A DNA stretch of 64,000 nt from Gammaproteobacteria bacterium (GCA_021647245.1 JAKIVC010000001.1:76368-140367); one strand, 5' to 3'; counted from the first letter of the stretch, positions 49,787 to 61,657 are shown. Notes: generated from the letters alone by a model not told the origin. Program-made: numbers and translations.

Positions 49787-51817
49787 ATGAGCAATCGTAG
49801 AACCATCCTGATTACCAGCGCCCTGCCCTACGCCAATGGCCCCATCCATCTGGGTCACATGCTGGAGCATATTCAGACTGACATCTGGAACCGCTTCCAA
49901 AAGATGCGCGGCCATCACTCTATTTTCGTCTGCGCCGACGATGCCCATGGCACACCTATTATGTTGCGTGCACAGAAGGAAGGTATTACACCAGAGCAGT
50001 TGATTGAAAAAAGCAGTCGTGACCATCAGGCTGATTTTGCAGATTTCTCCATCGGATTTGATAACTACTACAGCACCCACTCAGAAGAGAACAAAGCGCT
50101 CTCCGCCATGATCTACACCCGTCTGCGAGAAGCGGGGCATATCAACAGTCGCGTCATCAAGCAGGCCTATGATCCGGAAAAAGAGATGTTCCTGCCCGAC
50201 CGCTTCATCAAAGGTGAATGCCCAAAGTGTGGCGCGGCCGATCAATACGGTGATAACTGTGAAGCGTGCGGCGCCAGCTATTCACCTACAGAGCTGAAAA
50301 ATGCCGTCTCCGCACTCTCAGGCGCCAAGCCCATCGAGAAAGAGTCTGAACACTTCTTTTTCAAGCTGGGTGATTTCGAAACAATGTTAAAAGCTTGGTC
50401 AACAGAGGGGCATGTACAAAAAGAGGTTGCCAATAAACTTAATGAGTGGTTTGAAGGGGGCCTGAAAGAGTGGGACATCTCCCGCGATGCCCCCTACTTC
50501 GGCTTTGAAATCCCAGGTGAACCCGGCAAATACTTCTATGTGTGGCTGGATGCCCCGGTGGGCTACATGGCCAGTTTCAAAAACCTCTGCGCGCAGCGTG
50601 ATGACCTCAATTTTGATGACTTCTGGGGGCCAGACAGTAGCGCTGAGCTTTACCATTTCATCGGTAAAGATATTGCCTATTTCCACACTCTGTTTTGGCC
50701 CGCCATGTTGAAGGGTGCCAATTTACGCACCCCCACTGCGGTCTTTTGCCACGGCTTTCTGACTGTCAACGGCGCTAAAATGTCCAAATCCCGCGGCACT
50801 TTCATTATGGCCCGCACCTATCTGGAGCATCTTAATCCGGAGCATCTGCGCTATTATCTAGCCGCAAAAATGGGCAGTGACCTGAGTGACATGGATCTTA
50901 ATATGGAAGATTTCATGTTGAGGGTCAACTCAGACCTGGTTGGGAAAGTGGTCAATATCGCCAGCCGATGCGCAGGGTTCATCAGAAAGCGTTTCAACAA
51001 CAAACTAACCGATAACCTTAGCGAGCCCGAACTTTACGCAGCGTTTATCGCCCAAGGTGAAACCATTGCTGAGCAATATGAAAATCGTGAATTTGCTCAT
51101 GCCATGCGCAGCATCATGGCGCTGGCAGACAAGGCAAACCAGTATATTGATGAACAACAGCCGTGGGTAGTGGCCAAAAAAGAGGGCGAAGATGAACGGC
51201 TACACGCCATCTGCTCAATGGGCATCAATCTATTCCGCGTGATTATAGGCTACCTCAAGCCGGTACTGCCTGTTACTGCCACCAAGTCAGAGCTGTTTCT
51301 GAATAGCGATAAGATACTTTGGCGCGAGATAAAAAACCCGTTACTCGGCCACGAAATCAACAAATTCAAACCGTTGATGACGCGAGTAGAGAGAGAGAAA
51401 GTTGATGCGATGCTGGAGGCGTCCCAACAACATATGCAAGCGATTACCCCACCGACACCGGCAGGCCCTCTCACTGAAAACCCAATCAAAGAGGAGATCA
51501 GCTTTGATGATTTTGCTAAAATTGATCTGCGTATCGCCAAAATTATTGCCGCTGAACGGGTAGAAAAAGCTGACAAGCTCCTGCAACTAACACTCGATAT
51601 AGGTGGTGAGACCCGCACTGTCTTCGCCGGTATAAAGTCAGCCTACACACCCGAGCAGCTGAAAGGAAAATTAACGGTGGTGGTTGCCAACCTCGCTCCC
51701 CGTAAAATGCGCTTTGGCTTGTCTGAAGGAATGGTGCTCGCTGCCGGCCCCGGTGGTGAAGAGTTGTGGATTCTCAGCCCAGACGAGGGTGCTCAACCCG
51801 GCATGCAAGTAAAATAG
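49787..51817 (+). CDS. metG: Methionyl-tRNA synthetase, including the C-terminal EMAP/tRNA-binding domain
   Basis: 676 aa. The class I HLGH motif is in [16 protein letters not shown], the KMSKS motif is present, and the C-terminal dimerisation/tRNA-binding domain is present. Confidence 0.95.
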   Translation: MSNRRTILITSALPYANGPIHLGHMLEHIQTDIWNRFQKMRGHHSIFVCADDAHGTPIMLRAQKEGITPEQLIEKSSRDHQADFADFSIGFDNYYSTHSEENKALSAMIYTRLREAGHINSRVIKQAYDPEKEMFLPDRFIKGECPKCGAADQYGDNCEACGASYSPTELKNAVSALSGAKPIEKESEHFFFKLGDFETMLKAWSTEGHVQKEVANKLNEWFEGGLKEWDISRDAPYFGFEIPGEPGKYFYVWLDAPVGYMASFKNLCAQRDDLNFDDFWGPDSSAELYHFIGKDIAYFHTLFWPAMLKGANLRTPTAVFCHGFLTVNGAKMSKSRGTFIMARTYLEHLNPEHLRYYLAAKMGSDLSDMDLNMEDFMLRVNSDLVGKVVNIASRCAGFIRKRFNNKLTDNLSEPELYAAFIAQGETIAEQYENREFAHAMRSIMALADKANQYIDEQQPWVVAKKEGEDERLHAICSMGINLFRVIIGYLKPVLPVTATKSELFLNSDKILWREIKNPLLGHEINKFKPLMTRVEREKVDAMLEASQQHMQAITPPTPAGPLTENPIKEEISFDDFAKIDLRIAKIIAAERVEKADKLLQLTLDIGGETRTVFAGIKSAYTPEQLKGKLTVVVANLAPRKMRFGLSEGMVLAAGPGGEELWILSPDEGAQPGMQVK

Positions 51818-51842
51818 CCGCTAATTCGCGTTACTTTTATCA

Positions 51843-51873
51843 AAGCCATAAAAAATTGTTATGGGCTTTTTTA
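51843..51873 (+). terminator. Rho-independent terminator of metG
   Basis: AAGCCATAAaaaattgTTATGGGCTT hairpin followed by TTTTTTA, 26 nt after the metG stop. Confidence 0.45.
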
Positions 51874-52006
51874 TAGGCTCATATAAAACATTGCTTTGCG
51901 ACCGCAAGCAGATAGCGGCAAAATGAAAAAAATGAAGGTGTGGGTGGTTGCCGGTATGGGCCATCACTATTAATTTCCGTAACCTGAAAGAGTGGGAGCT
52001 GCACAG

Positions 52007-52588
52007 ATGACAGAGTACTTGCTGATTTTAGTCAGCACTGTCTTGGTCAATAACTTCGTCCTGGTAAAGTTTCTTGGTCTGTGCCCCTTTATGGGGGTTT
52101 CTCGCAAGCTAGAGACCGCCACCGGCATGGCGCTTGCCACCACTTTTGTGTTAACCCTCTCTTCTGTATGCAGTTATTTGGTAAACACCTACCTGCTCAT
52201 TCCTTTTGGGCTTGAGTTCCTACGCACCATCGCCTTTATATTAGTCATTGCAGCACTGGTTCAATTTACTGAAATGGTAGTACACAAAACCAGCCCGCTA
52301 CTCTATCAGGTGCTCGGCATCTTTCTGCCACTGATCACCACCAACTGCGCCGTGTTAGGTGTGGCATTGCTGATTATTCAAGAGGAGATGACCTTCCTGC
52401 AATCAGCCGTTTATGGCTTTGGTGCTGCGGTTGGATTCTCGCTGGTGCTGATACTCTTTTCCGCCATTCGCGAGCGCATCGCGGTTGCCGACGTGCCCGA
52501 AATTTTTCGTGGCGCACCGATTGCGCTCATCACCGCAGGCTTTATGTCGCTGGCTTTCATGGGCTTTTCAGGCCTGGTGAAGGGGTAG
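52007..52588 (+). CDS. rnfA: Rnf/Rsx electron-transport complex subunit A
   Basis: [32 protein letters not shown] is near-identical to E. coli RsxA. The internal ATG at 52007 gives the canonical 193-aa product. The track ORF begins 15 nt upstream. Confidence 0.9.
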   Translation: MTEYLLILVSTVLVNNFVLVKFLGLCPFMGVSRKLETATGMALATTFVLTLSSVCSYLVNTYLLIPFGLEFLRTIAFILVIAALVQFTEMVVHKTSPLLYQVLGIFLPLITTNCAVLGVALLIIQEEMTFLQSAVYGFGAAVGFSLVLILFSAIRERIAVADVPEIFRGAPIALITAGFMSLAFMGFSGLVKG

Positions 52589-52592
52589 TTAC

Positions 52593-53144
52593 ATGTTAAC
52601 CGCGATCATCATACTGACACTGCTCGCCACTATTTTTGGGCTGATTCTTGGCTATGCCGCCATTCGCTTTAAAGTAGAGGGTGACCCGATTGTTGAGCAA
52701 ATCGACAATTTACTGCCTCAAACCCAGTGCGGGCAGTGCTCCTTCCCCGGCTGTCGCCCCTACGCTGAAGCGATCGCCAGTGGTGAAGCCAATATAAATC
52801 AGTGTCCGCCCGGTGGAGAAGCCACCATGCTGGCACTAGCCGACCTACTCGGTGTCGACCCCCAACCACTCGGTACCGAACATGAAGCCGAACCTGAAGC
52901 GACCGTCGCCTTTATCATTGAAGATACCTGCATTGGCTGCACCCTCTGCATACAAGCTTGCCCGGTCGATGCCATTCTAGGGGCAGCCAAGCAGATGCAC
53001 ACGGTCATCGAATCAGAGTGCACCGGCTGCGAACTCTGCATCCCCCCCTGCCCGGTTGACTGCATCGTAATGCAACCGGTAAAGCAGACCGCACAGAACT
53101 GGAAATGGCCCTACCCCATTCACACACTGGAGGAGCGCAAGTGA
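52593..53144 (+). CDS. rnfB: Rnf/Rsx complex subunit B
   Basis: 183 aa with an N-terminal TM anchor, a CxxCxxxxC...C cluster and two ferredoxin CxxCxxCxxxCP motifs ([24 protein letters not shown]). Confidence 0.9.
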   Translation: MLTAIIILTLLATIFGLILGYAAIRFKVEGDPIVEQIDNLLPQTQCGQCSFPGCRPYAEAIASGEANINQCPPGGEATMLALADLLGVDPQPLGTEHEAEPEATVAFIIEDTCIGCTLCIQACPVDAILGAAKQMHTVIESECTGCELCIPPCPVDCIVMQPVKQTAQNWKWPYPIHTLEERK

Positions 53145-54715
53145 TTCGCCAGTTGTTCCGATATAAAGGCGGGGTCAAGCTCCCTGAGCATAAACAGGAG
53201 AGTACCCGCCTGCCGATCCAGAAAGTTGTACTGCCCAAGCGCCTGACTCTGCCGCTACAGCAGCATATTGGCAGCCCCTCAACCCCCACTGTCGCGGTAG
53301 GTGACCGGGTACTCAAAGGGCAGATGATTGCTAAGGCCGCCAGCCTCATTAGCGCCCCGGTACACGCCCCCACCTCGGGTAGGGTCGTTGAGATCGGTGA
53401 GTATACGATCCCTCACCCCTCTGGGTTAAAAGCACCCTGCATCGTCATTGAGACTGACGGTAACGATGCCTGGTGTGACCACCGTAAACCGGTGGGTGAT
53501 TGCCACGACTATTCACCCGATCAGATTCGTGATCATATTCGCAATGCGGGTGTTGTCGGACTAGGGGGCGCTGGCTTCCCAAGTTTTTTAAAGTTGACCC
53601 TGGGCGACGACCGGGTGGTCGAAACCCTTATTCTCAATGGTGCTGAGTGCGAACCCTACATCACCTGTGACGACATATTAATGAGGGAGCGCCCCCTAGA
53701 GATCATTAAAGGACTAATGATCATGAAACATGCGCTGGTGGCGAAAAACTGCGTTATCGGCATTGAAGATAATAAACCCGAAGCCGCCGCCGCCCTGCGC
53801 AGCGCAATAAAAGAGCTGGCCGTTGCAGTTCAGGTAGTTGAGGTACCCACACGCTACCCGACCGGCGGTGAGAAACAGCTGATCAAAATATTAACCGGCA
53901 AAGAGATCCCGCCCAAAGCACTGCCCATCGAGAAACGTGTGGTGGTACATAATGTCGGTACCGCCGCCGCGGTATACCGCGCCATCTGCCTGGGAGAGCC
54001 ACTGATTAGCCGCATCATCACCGTTACCGGTGCCATCAAGAGACCCGCCAACTATGAGATCCCCTTTGGCATGAGTGCGGCTGAACTATTGACACAAGCC
54101 GGTATTGAAACGTCATCAGTCGAACGCATTATTCACGGCGGGCCGATGATGGGCTTTACCCTCAACTCGGTTGAAATACCACTGATAAAGACCAGTAACT
54201 GCCTACTCGTTACCAACAAAGAGACCGTGCCACTGCTCAACAAACAGCAAGCCCACGCCTGCATTCGCTGTGGAAGCTGTGCCGATGTCTGCCCGATCAA
54301 CCTGCTGCCGCAACAACTCTTCTGGCACAGCCGCGCCAAAGATTTTGATAAAGTGCAGGACTATAATCTGTTTGACTGCATCGAGTGTGGTTGCTGTGAT
54401 TATGTCTGCCCCAGCCAAATTCCGCTGGTGCAGTATTTCCGCTTTGCCAAGACTGCAATATGGCAAGCGGAACAGGAGAAAAAACAGGCTGAACTGGCTA
54501 AAGAGCGCCATCAATTCCGCCAATTTCGTATCGAACGTGAAAAGGCTGAAAAGAAGGCACGCCATAAAGCAAAGGCGGCCAAAGTAGCCGCTAACAGCAG
54601 CAAAAATGGTGACCAAAAACAGGCGATAGAAGAAGCCATGGCGCGGGTTAAGGCCAAAAAACAACCGGCGGCAGAAGCCAGCCCCGAACAACCAAAACCC
54701 GGGGGTAATACCTAA
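53141..54715 (+). CDS. rnfC: Rnf/Rsx complex subunit C
   Basis: NADH/FMN-binding fold plus two 4Fe-4S motifs ([24 protein letters not shown]) and a Lys/Ala-rich C-terminal tail. The preferred start is the GTG at 53141, which overlaps the rnfB stop (GTGA) and has GGAGG 6 nt upstream. An in-frame ATG at 53105 is the alternative. Confidence 0.9.
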   Translation: MIRQLFRYKGGVKLPEHKQESTRLPIQKVVLPKRLTLPLQQHIGSPSTPTVAVGDRVLKGQMIAKAASLISAPVHAPTSGRVVEIGEYTIPHPSGLKAPCIVIETDGNDAWCDHRKPVGDCHDYSPDQIRDHIRNAGVVGLGGAGFPSFLKLTLGDDRVVETLILNGAECEPYITCDDILMRERPLEIIKGLMIMKHALVAKNCVIGIEDNKPEAAAALRSAIKELAVAVQVVEVPTRYPTGGEKQLIKILTGKEIPPKALPIEKRVVVHNVGTAAAVYRAICLGEPLISRIITVTGAIKRPANYEIPFGMSAAELLTQAGIETSSVERIIHGGPMMGFTLNSVEIPLIKTSNCLLVTNKETVPLLNKQQAHACIRCGSCADVCPINLLPQQLFWHSRAKDFDKVQDYNLFDCIECGCCDYVCPSQIPLVQYFRFAKTAIWQAEQEKKQAELAKERHQFRQFRIEREKAEKKARHKAKAAKVAANSSKNGDQKQAIEEAMARVKAKKQPAAEASPEQPKPGGNT

Positions 54716-55750
54716 ATGCAACTCAACGCATCCAGCTCACCCCATATTCATTCGGGTGATCAGCTCAGCCAACTGATGCAGCGCGTTCTGCTGGCGCTGC
54801 TACCGGCGATCGCCCTCTATGTTGTTTTTTTCGGCTGGGGCATCATTGTCAACATCCTCATTGCAGTGCTGGCCGCCATCATATTCGAAGCCATCGCGTT
54901 GCGGCTACGAAAACGACCACTGGGGCCAAACCTAGGTGATTTCAGCGCGGTATTAACTGCGGTTTTACTGGCACTGGCCTTGCCACCACTTGCCCCTTGG
55001 TGGTTATTGGTAGTGGCTGTTTTTTTTGCCATTGTCTTTGCCAAACACCTGTATGGCGGCCTGGGTTTCAACCCCTTCAACCCGGCGATGATTGGCTATG
55101 TGGTGGTGTTAATCTCTTTCCCCCGTGAAGTGACCACATGGTTACCACCCGAACTCATTAGTGGAGAGAGCATCAGTTTCATCAGTGCACTCCAGGCCAG
55201 CCTGATGGGGACATTAGGCAGCGGTGTTACTCCGGATGCCATCTCAATGGCCACGCCCCTTGACCACCTAAAAACCCAGCTAACCCAAAATCATGCCATC
55301 AGTGAGATCGTCCATGGCAACGCCATTTTTGGACAGATGGCCGGATTGGGTTGGGAGTGGATCAATTTGGCATTTGTCGTGAGTGGCTGCTGGTTGATCT
55401 ACAAAAAAGTGATCCACTGGCACATTCCTGTGGCGATGCTTGCCAGCCTCGCCTTGATTGCGAGCGTGTTTTGGCTCATCGATTCTGAGCGCTACGCCAG
55501 CCCACTCTTCCACCTGCTCAGTGGCGGCGTGATGCTGGGAGCATTTTTTATTGCGACCGACCCGGTCACTGCCAGCACCACCAACCGGGGCCGTATTCTC
55601 TACGGCATTGGGATCGGCATACTGGTTTACATTATTCGCGCCTGGGGAGGCTACCCGGAAGGGGTCGCCTTCGCTGTTTTACTGATGAACATGCTGGCAC
55701 CAACCCTCGACTACTATACCCAGCCCCGGGTGTTTGGCAGGGGACGTTAA
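54716..55750 (+). CDS. rnfD: Rnf/Rsx complex subunit D
   Basis: 344-aa polytopic membrane protein of the NqrB/RnfD family, with the FMN-attachment region ...GGVMLGAFFIATDPVTAS. Confidence 0.9.
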   Translation: MQLNASSSPHIHSGDQLSQLMQRVLLALLPAIALYVVFFGWGIIVNILIAVLAAIIFEAIALRLRKRPLGPNLGDFSAVLTAVLLALALPPLAPWWLLVVAVFFAIVFAKHLYGGLGFNPFNPAMIGYVVVLISFPREVTTWLPPELISGESISFISALQASLMGTLGSGVTPDAISMATPLDHLKTQLTQNHAISEIVHGNAIFGQMAGLGWEWINLAFVVSGCWLIYKKVIHWHIPVAMLASLALIASVFWLIDSERYASPLFHLLSGGVMLGAFFIATDPVTASTTNRGRILYGIGIGILVYIIRAWGGYPEGVAFAVLLMNMLAPTLDYYTQPRVFGRGR

Positions 55751-55753
55751 GCC

Positions 55754-56401
55754 ATGATAATAAGACAGATACTCATTACCGGCGCTATTCTAGGGGGCTT
55801 TGCAGTGATTGGCAGCACCCTGGTTGCGGTGACTTACGAGGCGACCGAAGAGCGTATCGAGCAGGCACACCGCGAAGCGTTGTTGCGTAGCCTGCATGAG
55901 CTGGTTCCACACGAACAGTGCGACAACGACCTCTACCATGATGTTATCGAAGTAACCGATAAAGCGCTGCTCGGCAGCCACAAACCCATTCGAGTATATC
56001 GTGCCCGCAAGTCAGGTGAGCCGGTCGCTGCGCTACTGACCTCAGTCGCTCCCAATGGCTACGGCGGAGCGATCAAACTGCTAGTAGCCATCAACTACGA
56101 CGGCAGCCTAGCGGGTGTACGCGTGCTCCAACACCACGAAACCCCAGGGCTCGGTGATGATATTGAAGTGCAGCGTTCTGAGTGGATTTTAGGTTTCAAT
56201 AATCACTCACTCACCACGCTGAACAGTGAACAGTGGCGGGTAAAAAAGGATGGCGGCGTTTTTGACCAGTTCACCGGTGCAACCATTACCCCACGAGCTA
56301 TCGTACAGGCGGTTCACCATGCTCTGAAGTACTTCCAGCAACACCGGGAGATGCTTTTCAACACCCCATCCATACCCCGCGAGGTAGAGAGTCGTGAGTA
56401 A
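55754..56401 (+). CDS. rnfG: Rnf/Rsx complex subunit G
   Basis: 215 aa with an N-terminal TM helix and an FMN-binding domain ([10 protein letters not shown] ...). Confidence 0.9.
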   Translation: MIIRQILITGAILGGFAVIGSTLVAVTYEATEERIEQAHREALLRSLHELVPHEQCDNDLYHDVIEVTDKALLGSHKPIRVYRARKSGEPVAALLTSVAPNGYGGAIKLLVAINYDGSLAGVRVLQHHETPGLGDDIEVQRSEWILGFNNHSLTTLNSEQWRVKKDGGVFDQFTGATITPRAIVQAVHHALKYFQQHREMLFNTPSIPREVESRE

Positions 56402-57101
56402 CACAAGCTATCGTGATATTACCCAGCAAGGGTTATGGCAGAACAATGTTGCTTTCGTTCAACTGCTAGGGCTCTGCCCACTGCTGGCGGTGAGCAATAA
56501 CACCATCAACGGGCTCGGACTGGGTTTAGCGACACTGCTGGTACTGCTCTGCTCCAATCTAACCGTCTCGCTGATTCGTTACTGGGTTAGGCCTGAAGTG
56601 CGGGTGCCGGTTTTTGTGATGATCATTGCCTCATTTGTTACCGCAATCGACCTGCTGATGAGCGCGTTTATGCATGATCTGCACAAAATACTCGGTATTT
56701 TTATCCCGCTCATCGTCACCAACTGTGCAATTATCGCCCGCGCAGAGGCATTCGCCTCGAAAAACAGCCCCGGCTATGCACTCTGGGATGGTTTGATGAT
56801 GGGGCTGGGCTTTATGGCGGTGCTGGTGGTATTGGGCGCACTGCGGGAGCTATTGGGGCAAGGCACACTCTTTGATCAAGCACACCTGATGTTTGGTGAT
56901 GGGGCCGCCTGGCTCAGCATCACGCTATTCGATGACTATCAAGGGTTTCTGCTGGCGATTCTGCCGCCCGGAGCCTTTATTGGTCTGGGTCTGTTAATCG
57001 CGGCAAAAAACTGGCTGGACCAAAAAAAGAGCACGCGCACGCAAGCACTCCTCGCTACCAACAATCCAGATCCCCAGCGGCTCCATCCTGATCAACCGTA
57101 A
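56394..57101 (+). CDS. rnfE: Rnf/Rsx complex subunit E
   Basis: 235 aa of the RnfE/NqrD family ([13 protein letters not shown]...[18 protein letters not shown]). An extended C-terminal tail overlaps the convergent pilin gene by 47 nt. Confidence 0.9.
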   Translation: MSNTSYRDITQQGLWQNNVAFVQLLGLCPLLAVSNNTINGLGLGLATLLVLLCSNLTVSLIRYWVRPEVRVPVFVMIIASFVTAIDLLMSAFMHDLHKILGIFIPLIVTNCAIIARAEAFASKNSPGYALWDGLMMGLGFMAVLVVLGALRELLGQGTLFDQAHLMFGDGAAWLSITLFDDYQGFLLAILPPGAFIGLGLLIAAKNWLDQKKSTRTQALLATNNPDPQRLHPDQP

Positions 57102-57468
57102 TGATTTGACAAGCGGCATCAGCCTCCTGCCGGGTTCCGGTAACAACCGTGGCCGTTGCGGTAAAGCTGGCCGCGTCGGCCGCAGAGATTGCAATGGTAT
57201 AATAACCTTTTTCAGTAACATCACTAGACCAGCTAAGACCATTCGCTCCCCCCCCGGTAACCGCCGTCGCGTAGGTTGGATTGTTAGCGCGGTGCTTCTC
57301 CTGGTCCATCTGCAATTGAAGCAGTGCGGTGGTCGCATCGGCCCGCCCAGACTTTATCACCGAGTCGGTATAAGCGGGGTAGGCAATGGATGCAATAATC
57401 GCCACAATCGCGACCGAGACCATCAATTCAATCAACGTAAAACCCTGTTGATACTGAACACTTCGCAT
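57055..57468 (-). CDS. pilE: Type IV pilin, PilE-like minor pilin
   Basis: Prepilin leader MRSVQYQQG|[24 protein letters not shown]. Class III signal peptide with the hydrophobic N-terminal helix, and a C-terminal Cys pair (C...C). The track ORF starts 45 nt upstream at a non-ATG codon. Confidence 0.75.
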   Translation of the reverse strand: MRSVQYQQGFTLIELMVSVAIVAIIASIAYPAYTDSVIKSGRADATTALLQLQMDQEKHRANNPTYATAVTGGGANGLSWSSDVTEKGYYTIAISAADAASFTATATVVTGTRQEADAACQIITVDQDGAAGDLDCW

Positions 57469-57573
57469 AAATACTCTCCGATAAAAAACGTTAACGCTAC
57501 TCAACACGAGCAATAGACGGACTCACTACCGTAGTCGACAAAAAAAGAATAATACTTAACCCTAATCCTCAGA

Positions 57574-57665
57574 TAGAAGCGCGAGATGATGTGTAAGATT
57601 TTGGTTTCACAGTGAAACTAAAAATATTAGTCGCACCCGCCGATTCGGCGGCTATTTTTTGTTTT
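57574..57665. repeat. ~90-bp intergenic repeat element, copy 2, forming a bidirectional terminator-like structure
   Basis: ...gtgtaagattTTGGTTTCACAGTGAAAcTAAAAAtatta-GTCGCACCCGCCGATTCGGCGG-CTATTTTTTG plus a second degenerate box TTTTACTGTGGAA. It lies between the divergent pilE and fimT starts. Confidence 0.5.
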
Positions 57666-57758
57666 ACTGTGGAATCAAGAGCTTGTGCAGCATACGTGTT
57701 TCTATCTGGGGATTAGGGCTATACTATCATCTGGACTGCACTGCCAGGGAGGCGAGCA

Positions 57759-58244
57759 ATGAGTAAAGAGCGTGGAATCACACTCACCGAGCTGGTAATC
57801 GTAATCGGCATTATTGCAGTTATTGCCGCAGCATCGGCTCCGGCCTTTAGCCACATAATCGATAAACAGCGCCTTCAAGGGGCAGCAGACAGTTTTTATG
57901 CCGACTTGCAACTAACCCGCAGTGAAGCGATTAAACGCCACGCCCCCATCACACTCTCCGTCACCCTATCTGAAGATAGATCCTGGTGTTACGCCCAATC
58001 AGATAGCGGCCACTGTAACTGCACTGTGGTCGCAGAGTGCAGCCTTGACAACATTCCCAGCAGAGTCACCTCTAGCACCCGTTTCAAAGAGGTCACACTC
58101 ACCTCTACATTTGCCAACCACGCCGTTACCTTCTCTGGCACCCGTGGGGGCACCCGTGCCGGCCGCTATGTACTCACAAACAGTGGCATAACCTATCAAA
58201 TAGTCGTCGATGCCCTTGGTTTTCCTGACTTGATCAAACAATAA
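57759..58244 (+). CDS. fimT: GspH/FimT-family pseudopilin (type IV pilus minor pilin FimT/FimU-like)
   Basis: Prepilin N-terminus MSKERG|ITLTELVIVIGIIAVIAA and a GspH-type C-terminal domain with a Cys pair. Confidence 0.75.
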   Translation: MSKERGITLTELVIVIGIIAVIAAASAPAFSHIIDKQRLQGAADSFYADLQLTRSEAIKRHAPITLSVTLSEDRSWCYAQSDSGHCNCTVVAECSLDNIPSRVTSSTRFKEVTLTSTFANHAVTFSGTRGGTRAGRYVLTNSGITYQIVVDALGFPDLIKQ

Positions 58245-58367
58245 CCCAGCTGCTGAAACTTGAGCCGAGCAGGGAAATATGTTCTATTCTTAGCTCAATC
58301 CCCAGATTTAATTTTTCGATCTCTTTTGCATGGATGCAAATTGTAAGTAATCAAGGAGGATTACCCC

Positions 58368-59108
58368 ATGCCTGCCACCCTTAAAAGCCAACGGGGCGTT
58401 AGCCTCGTCGAACTGATGATCTCCATGTTGCTGGGACTCACCGTAATCAGCACGCTGATCACGCTGTTTGCCAATAGCGTGGCAACTAACCGCTCGACGC
58501 TACAAACTACCCGGCTCCACCAAGAGATGCGAAGCATCATGGAGTTAATCAGCAGCGATCTGCGTCGTGCCGGTTATTTTCGCGATGCGCACTGCACTCT
58601 GGCAGCTCGAAACCTCTCTGAGATTGCCGCAGAAGACTCCCGCTGTGCTGAAGGAGCCAATCAAGAAAACCCTTTCGCTCTCATCGAAATAGGTCGTCAC
58701 TTGGAGCCCAGCGACTGCATCCTGTTTAGCTATGACTACGAAAATGGAGCAACTCCAGCCACACCCGATGGCGTACTTCAGAGAAGTGAACATTACGGCT
58801 ACCGGTACGATATCAACCGAAATGGTAGTGGCTTCGTCGCTCGCCGTTTTGCTGGTGCCGGATGTGCTGCCGGTGGTTGGCGGCGCTTGAGCAATCCACT
58901 TATGAGCAACATAACCCAACTCTCGTTCGATGCATCTGACAGCCGCACTGTGGCAACAGCCAATGGTGTACTCTCTATCCGAATCATTACCATTACCCTC
59001 AGCGGCCAACTCGTCGATGACCCCTCGGTTTCAACCACCCTAAAAAACACCACTCATATCACCAATCACCGCCACTGTCCGGGAGCCGCCTGTCTGGTTG
59101 GCATATGA
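58368..59108 (+). CDS. pilW: Type IV pilus assembly protein PilW (minor pilin)
   Basis: Prepilin-like N-terminus QRGVSLVELMISMLLGLTVI. 246 aa. Confidence 0.7.
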   Translation: MPATLKSQRGVSLVELMISMLLGLTVISTLITLFANSVATNRSTLQTTRLHQEMRSIMELISSDLRRAGYFRDAHCTLAARNLSEIAAEDSRCAEGANQENPFALIEIGRHLEPSDCILFSYDYENGATPATPDGVLQRSEHYGYRYDINRNGSGFVARRFAGAGCAAGGWRRLSNPLMSNITQLSFDASDSRTVATANGVLSIRIITITLSGQLVDDPSVSTTLKNTTHITNHRHCPGAACLVGI

Positions 59109-59162
59109 TAATTTATCAGGGGATACGGTTTTAATTTCAGTTAATTGTTAAAGGCGACGATC

Positions 59163-60221
59163 ATGGCGTGGGAAGGGACTCAACAGACCGTAAAGAGACA
59201 ACGGGGCATCGCTACGCTGATGATCTCTCTCATTCTTCTATTCTCCATCACCATGATGACGCTCTATGCGGCAAATAACACGATGACAGAGACACGAATA
59301 GCCGCCAATGATTATCGCAGCAAACTTGCCTATGAAGCGGCCCAGGCTGGACTGGAAGCCACCATCGCCGCACTGCAAACCGTGGCCAATAGATCCCCTT
59401 TGGACGATGGTAACGAAGTTGATGACGCGGATGGATTCATCGACAGCAATGGCGCTATTCAGCCCACCGTCACACTCTCCAATGGATCCAGTTACCAGGT
59501 AAGCTACTCAAACCCGATTCAACATGACACCAGCCTGATTGTCATCACAGCCACGGGCCGTTCTGATGATAACAGTGGAGTAAAAACCATCTCCCAAGCC
59601 ATTCAACTGCTGCCACTCGCCATGGATATACCCAGCGCTGGGCTCGTAACCGGAGGCGGTGTGACAGTGACGGCACCAGAGCCACGCCAAAGCAACACAG
59701 TTTCAACTACACAAAGCACTTTGGCAACACCACGCCGCACCACCGAAAGCAGCTGCCAAAACAGCCGCACCACACGTCACGCATCACCAAGCCCCGGCTC
59801 GCTCTTTGATAACACCTTCAAAATAGATAAAGCCACACTCAAAAACAGCGCTACGACAGTGGCCTGTACCCACTGTAGTGTGGGTAGTTTTATCGGTATC
59901 GCGGGCGGCATTGCCTGGCTTGAGGGTGATATCAGAATAGCGGGAAACGGTACGCTCGGCAGCCATGACAAACCTATTTTGATCGTTGTCGATGGCGATC
60001 TCACAATGGTGGGCAACATGATTTATAATGGGCTTATCTACACCACAGGTGACTACCATGCGAGTGCGGGCACACTCAAAATAAACGGCGCGGTGATTGT
60101 CGAAGGGAATTTTTCAGCAACTGACGCGCTCTGTATTCTCTATAAACCAGCCATACTGAACAATGTGGGCAAAGCGATCGGCCCGATTGGCAAAATCGCC
60201 GGTAGTTGGCGTGACTTTTAA
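59163..60221 (+). CDS. pilX: Type IV pilus assembly protein PilX (protein with a PilX N-terminal domain)
   Basis: N-terminus QRGIATLMISLILLFSITMMTLYAANNTM is the PilX/GspK-like signature. The preferred start is the ATG at 59163, which has AAGG upstream. The track uses a TTG at 59145. Confidence 0.65.
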   Translation: MAWEGTQQTVKRQRGIATLMISLILLFSITMMTLYAANNTMTETRIAANDYRSKLAYEAAQAGLEATIAALQTVANRSPLDDGNEVDDADGFIDSNGAIQPTVTLSNGSSYQVSYSNPIQHDTSLIVITATGRSDDNSGVKTISQAIQLLPLAMDIPSAGLVTGGGVTVTAPEPRQSNTVSTTQSTLATPRRTTESSCQNSRTTRHASPSPGSLFDNTFKIDKATLKNSATTVACTHCSVGSFIGIAGGIAWLEGDIRIAGNGTLGSHDKPILIVVDGDLTMVGNMIYNGLIYTTGDYHASAGTLKINGAVIVEGNFSATDALCILYKPAILNNVGKAIGPIGKIAGSWRDF

Positions 60222-60224
60222 CCC

Positions 60225-60677
60225 ATGTTGACACGCTTACTCACCCGCAACTATCATAAAAACCGAGGCTTTTCACTGCTGGAGGTGCTCATCACACTGG
60301 TGGTTCTCTCTACCGGATTAATGGCAGTGGCCAAGTTCCAGGGCCAGCTGATACAAAGCAGCACGCTGGCCAAAAACAGAACCATCGCAATCAACCTGGC
60401 TCAGGATAAGATGGAGGGATTGAGAGGCCGTGATTTCGCACTACTGGCAAGTGGCACAGATACGATTGATGGGAGCAACCTGGCCAGCATAAGCGAGCAC
60501 TACGTGCGTACTTGGCGTGTGGCTGTCGATGGCACAAATGCCACCGTTGAGGTCGTTGTTGAATGGGGTGATTACAGCTCGGCTTCAGGCGAGGTAAGTA
60601 CAGATACATCCATACAGCTTGTCAGCCATATCAGCGCACCATCGGCCATAGAGGGGGGACGACTGGTCGACCCATAG
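60225..60677 (+). CDS. pilV: Type IV pilus minor pilin PilV / GspI-like pseudopilin
   Basis: Prepilin motif NRG|FSLLEVLITLVVLSTGLMAV. 150 aa. Confidence 0.6.
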   Translation: MLTRLLTRNYHKNRGFSLLEVLITLVVLSTGLMAVAKFQGQLIQSSTLAKNRTIAINLAQDKMEGLRGRDFALLASGTDTIDGSNLASISEHYVRTWRVAVDGTNATVEVVVEWGDYSSASGEVSTDTSIQLVSHISAPSAIEGGRLVDP

Positions 60678-60678
60678 C

Positions 60679-61614
60679 TCAACGCCTTGCCGTTAGCTCA
60701 CGGGGAATGGGGAACTCAATGGTCTCTGGCTCGCCATTATCACTCCTGACTGTCGTTGCACCCAGGCTTTTCAATTTATCAATCACCGCCACAACCAACA
60801 CCTCGGGCGCTGATGCCCCTGCGGTGACACCCACACACGTTTTCCCTTCCAGCCAGCGGGCATCAATTTCATCTGCATTATCGATCAGATAGGCAGGAAT
60901 ATCGTGGCGTTCGGCCACTTCCCGTAAGCGATTTGAGTTAGAGCTATTGGGTGAGCCAACCACCAGCACGATGTCACAATTTTTCGCCAGACGCTTAACT
61001 GCATCCTGGCGGTTCTGGGTGGCATAACAGACATCATCCTTTTTCGGGCCAATAATGGTCGGAAAGTGCTGGCGTAACGCCTCGATCACCACCATAGCAT
61101 CATCCATGGAGAGTGTGGTCTGGGTGACAAAGGCAAGATTATCGCCATCAGCTACTTTAAGCTTGGCAACATCCTCCGGGGTCTCGACTAGGTACATCTC
61201 TCCGGCACCCTTATATTGGCCCATGGTTCCTTCAACTTCCGGGTGACCGGCATGGCCAATCAACACCACATCACGTTTATCTTTAGCGTATCGCATCACC
61301 TCTAGATGTACTTTGGTAACCAGCGGGCAGGTGGCATCCAAAATCCGTAAACCACGCTGTTTTGCCTCTTTGCGCACCTGCTGCGAAACACCATGGGCCG
61401 AGAAGATTACCAGATTATCATCCGGCACCTGATCCACCTCCTGAACAAATACCGCCCCTTTTGCCTTCAGGCTCTCAACCACAAAACGATTATGCACCAC
61501 CTCGTGGCGCACGTAGGTCGGCGCACCATAGATTTCCAGTGCCTTTTCGACTATTTCGATGGCGCGGTCGACACCGGCACAGAAACCACGAGGGTTAGCG
61601 AGAATGACTTTCAT
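60679..61614 (-). CDS. ispH: 4-hydroxy-3-methylbut-2-enyl diphosphate reductase IspH
   Basis: 311 aa. [23 protein letters not shown] and conserved Cys ligands. Confidence 0.95.
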   Translation of the reverse strand: MKVILANPRGFCAGVDRAIEIVEKALEIYGAPTYVRHEVVHNRFVVESLKAKGAVFVQEVDQVPDDNLVIFSAHGVSQQVRKEAKQRGLRILDATCPLVTKVHLEVMRYAKDKRDVVLIGHAGHPEVEGTMGQYKGAGEMYLVETPEDVAKLKVADGDNLAFVTQTTLSMDDAMVVIEALRQHFPTIIGPKKDDVCYATQNRQDAVKRLAKNCDIVLVVGSPNSSNSNRLREVAERHDIPAYLIDNADEIDARWLEGKTCVGVTAGASAPEVLVVAVIDKLKSLGATTVRSDNGEPETIEFPIPRELTARR

Positions 61615-61657
61615 TGTTTGTTACCTAATCAAATGGGGGTTGTTGCAAAAGCATCGA

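Noticed and set aside
49709-50080. ORF 49709-50080 (-, 123 aa) overlapping the metG start
   Set aside because: It lies antisense to the strongly conserved N-terminus of MetRS ([13 protein letters not shown]) and has no homology features. Spurious.
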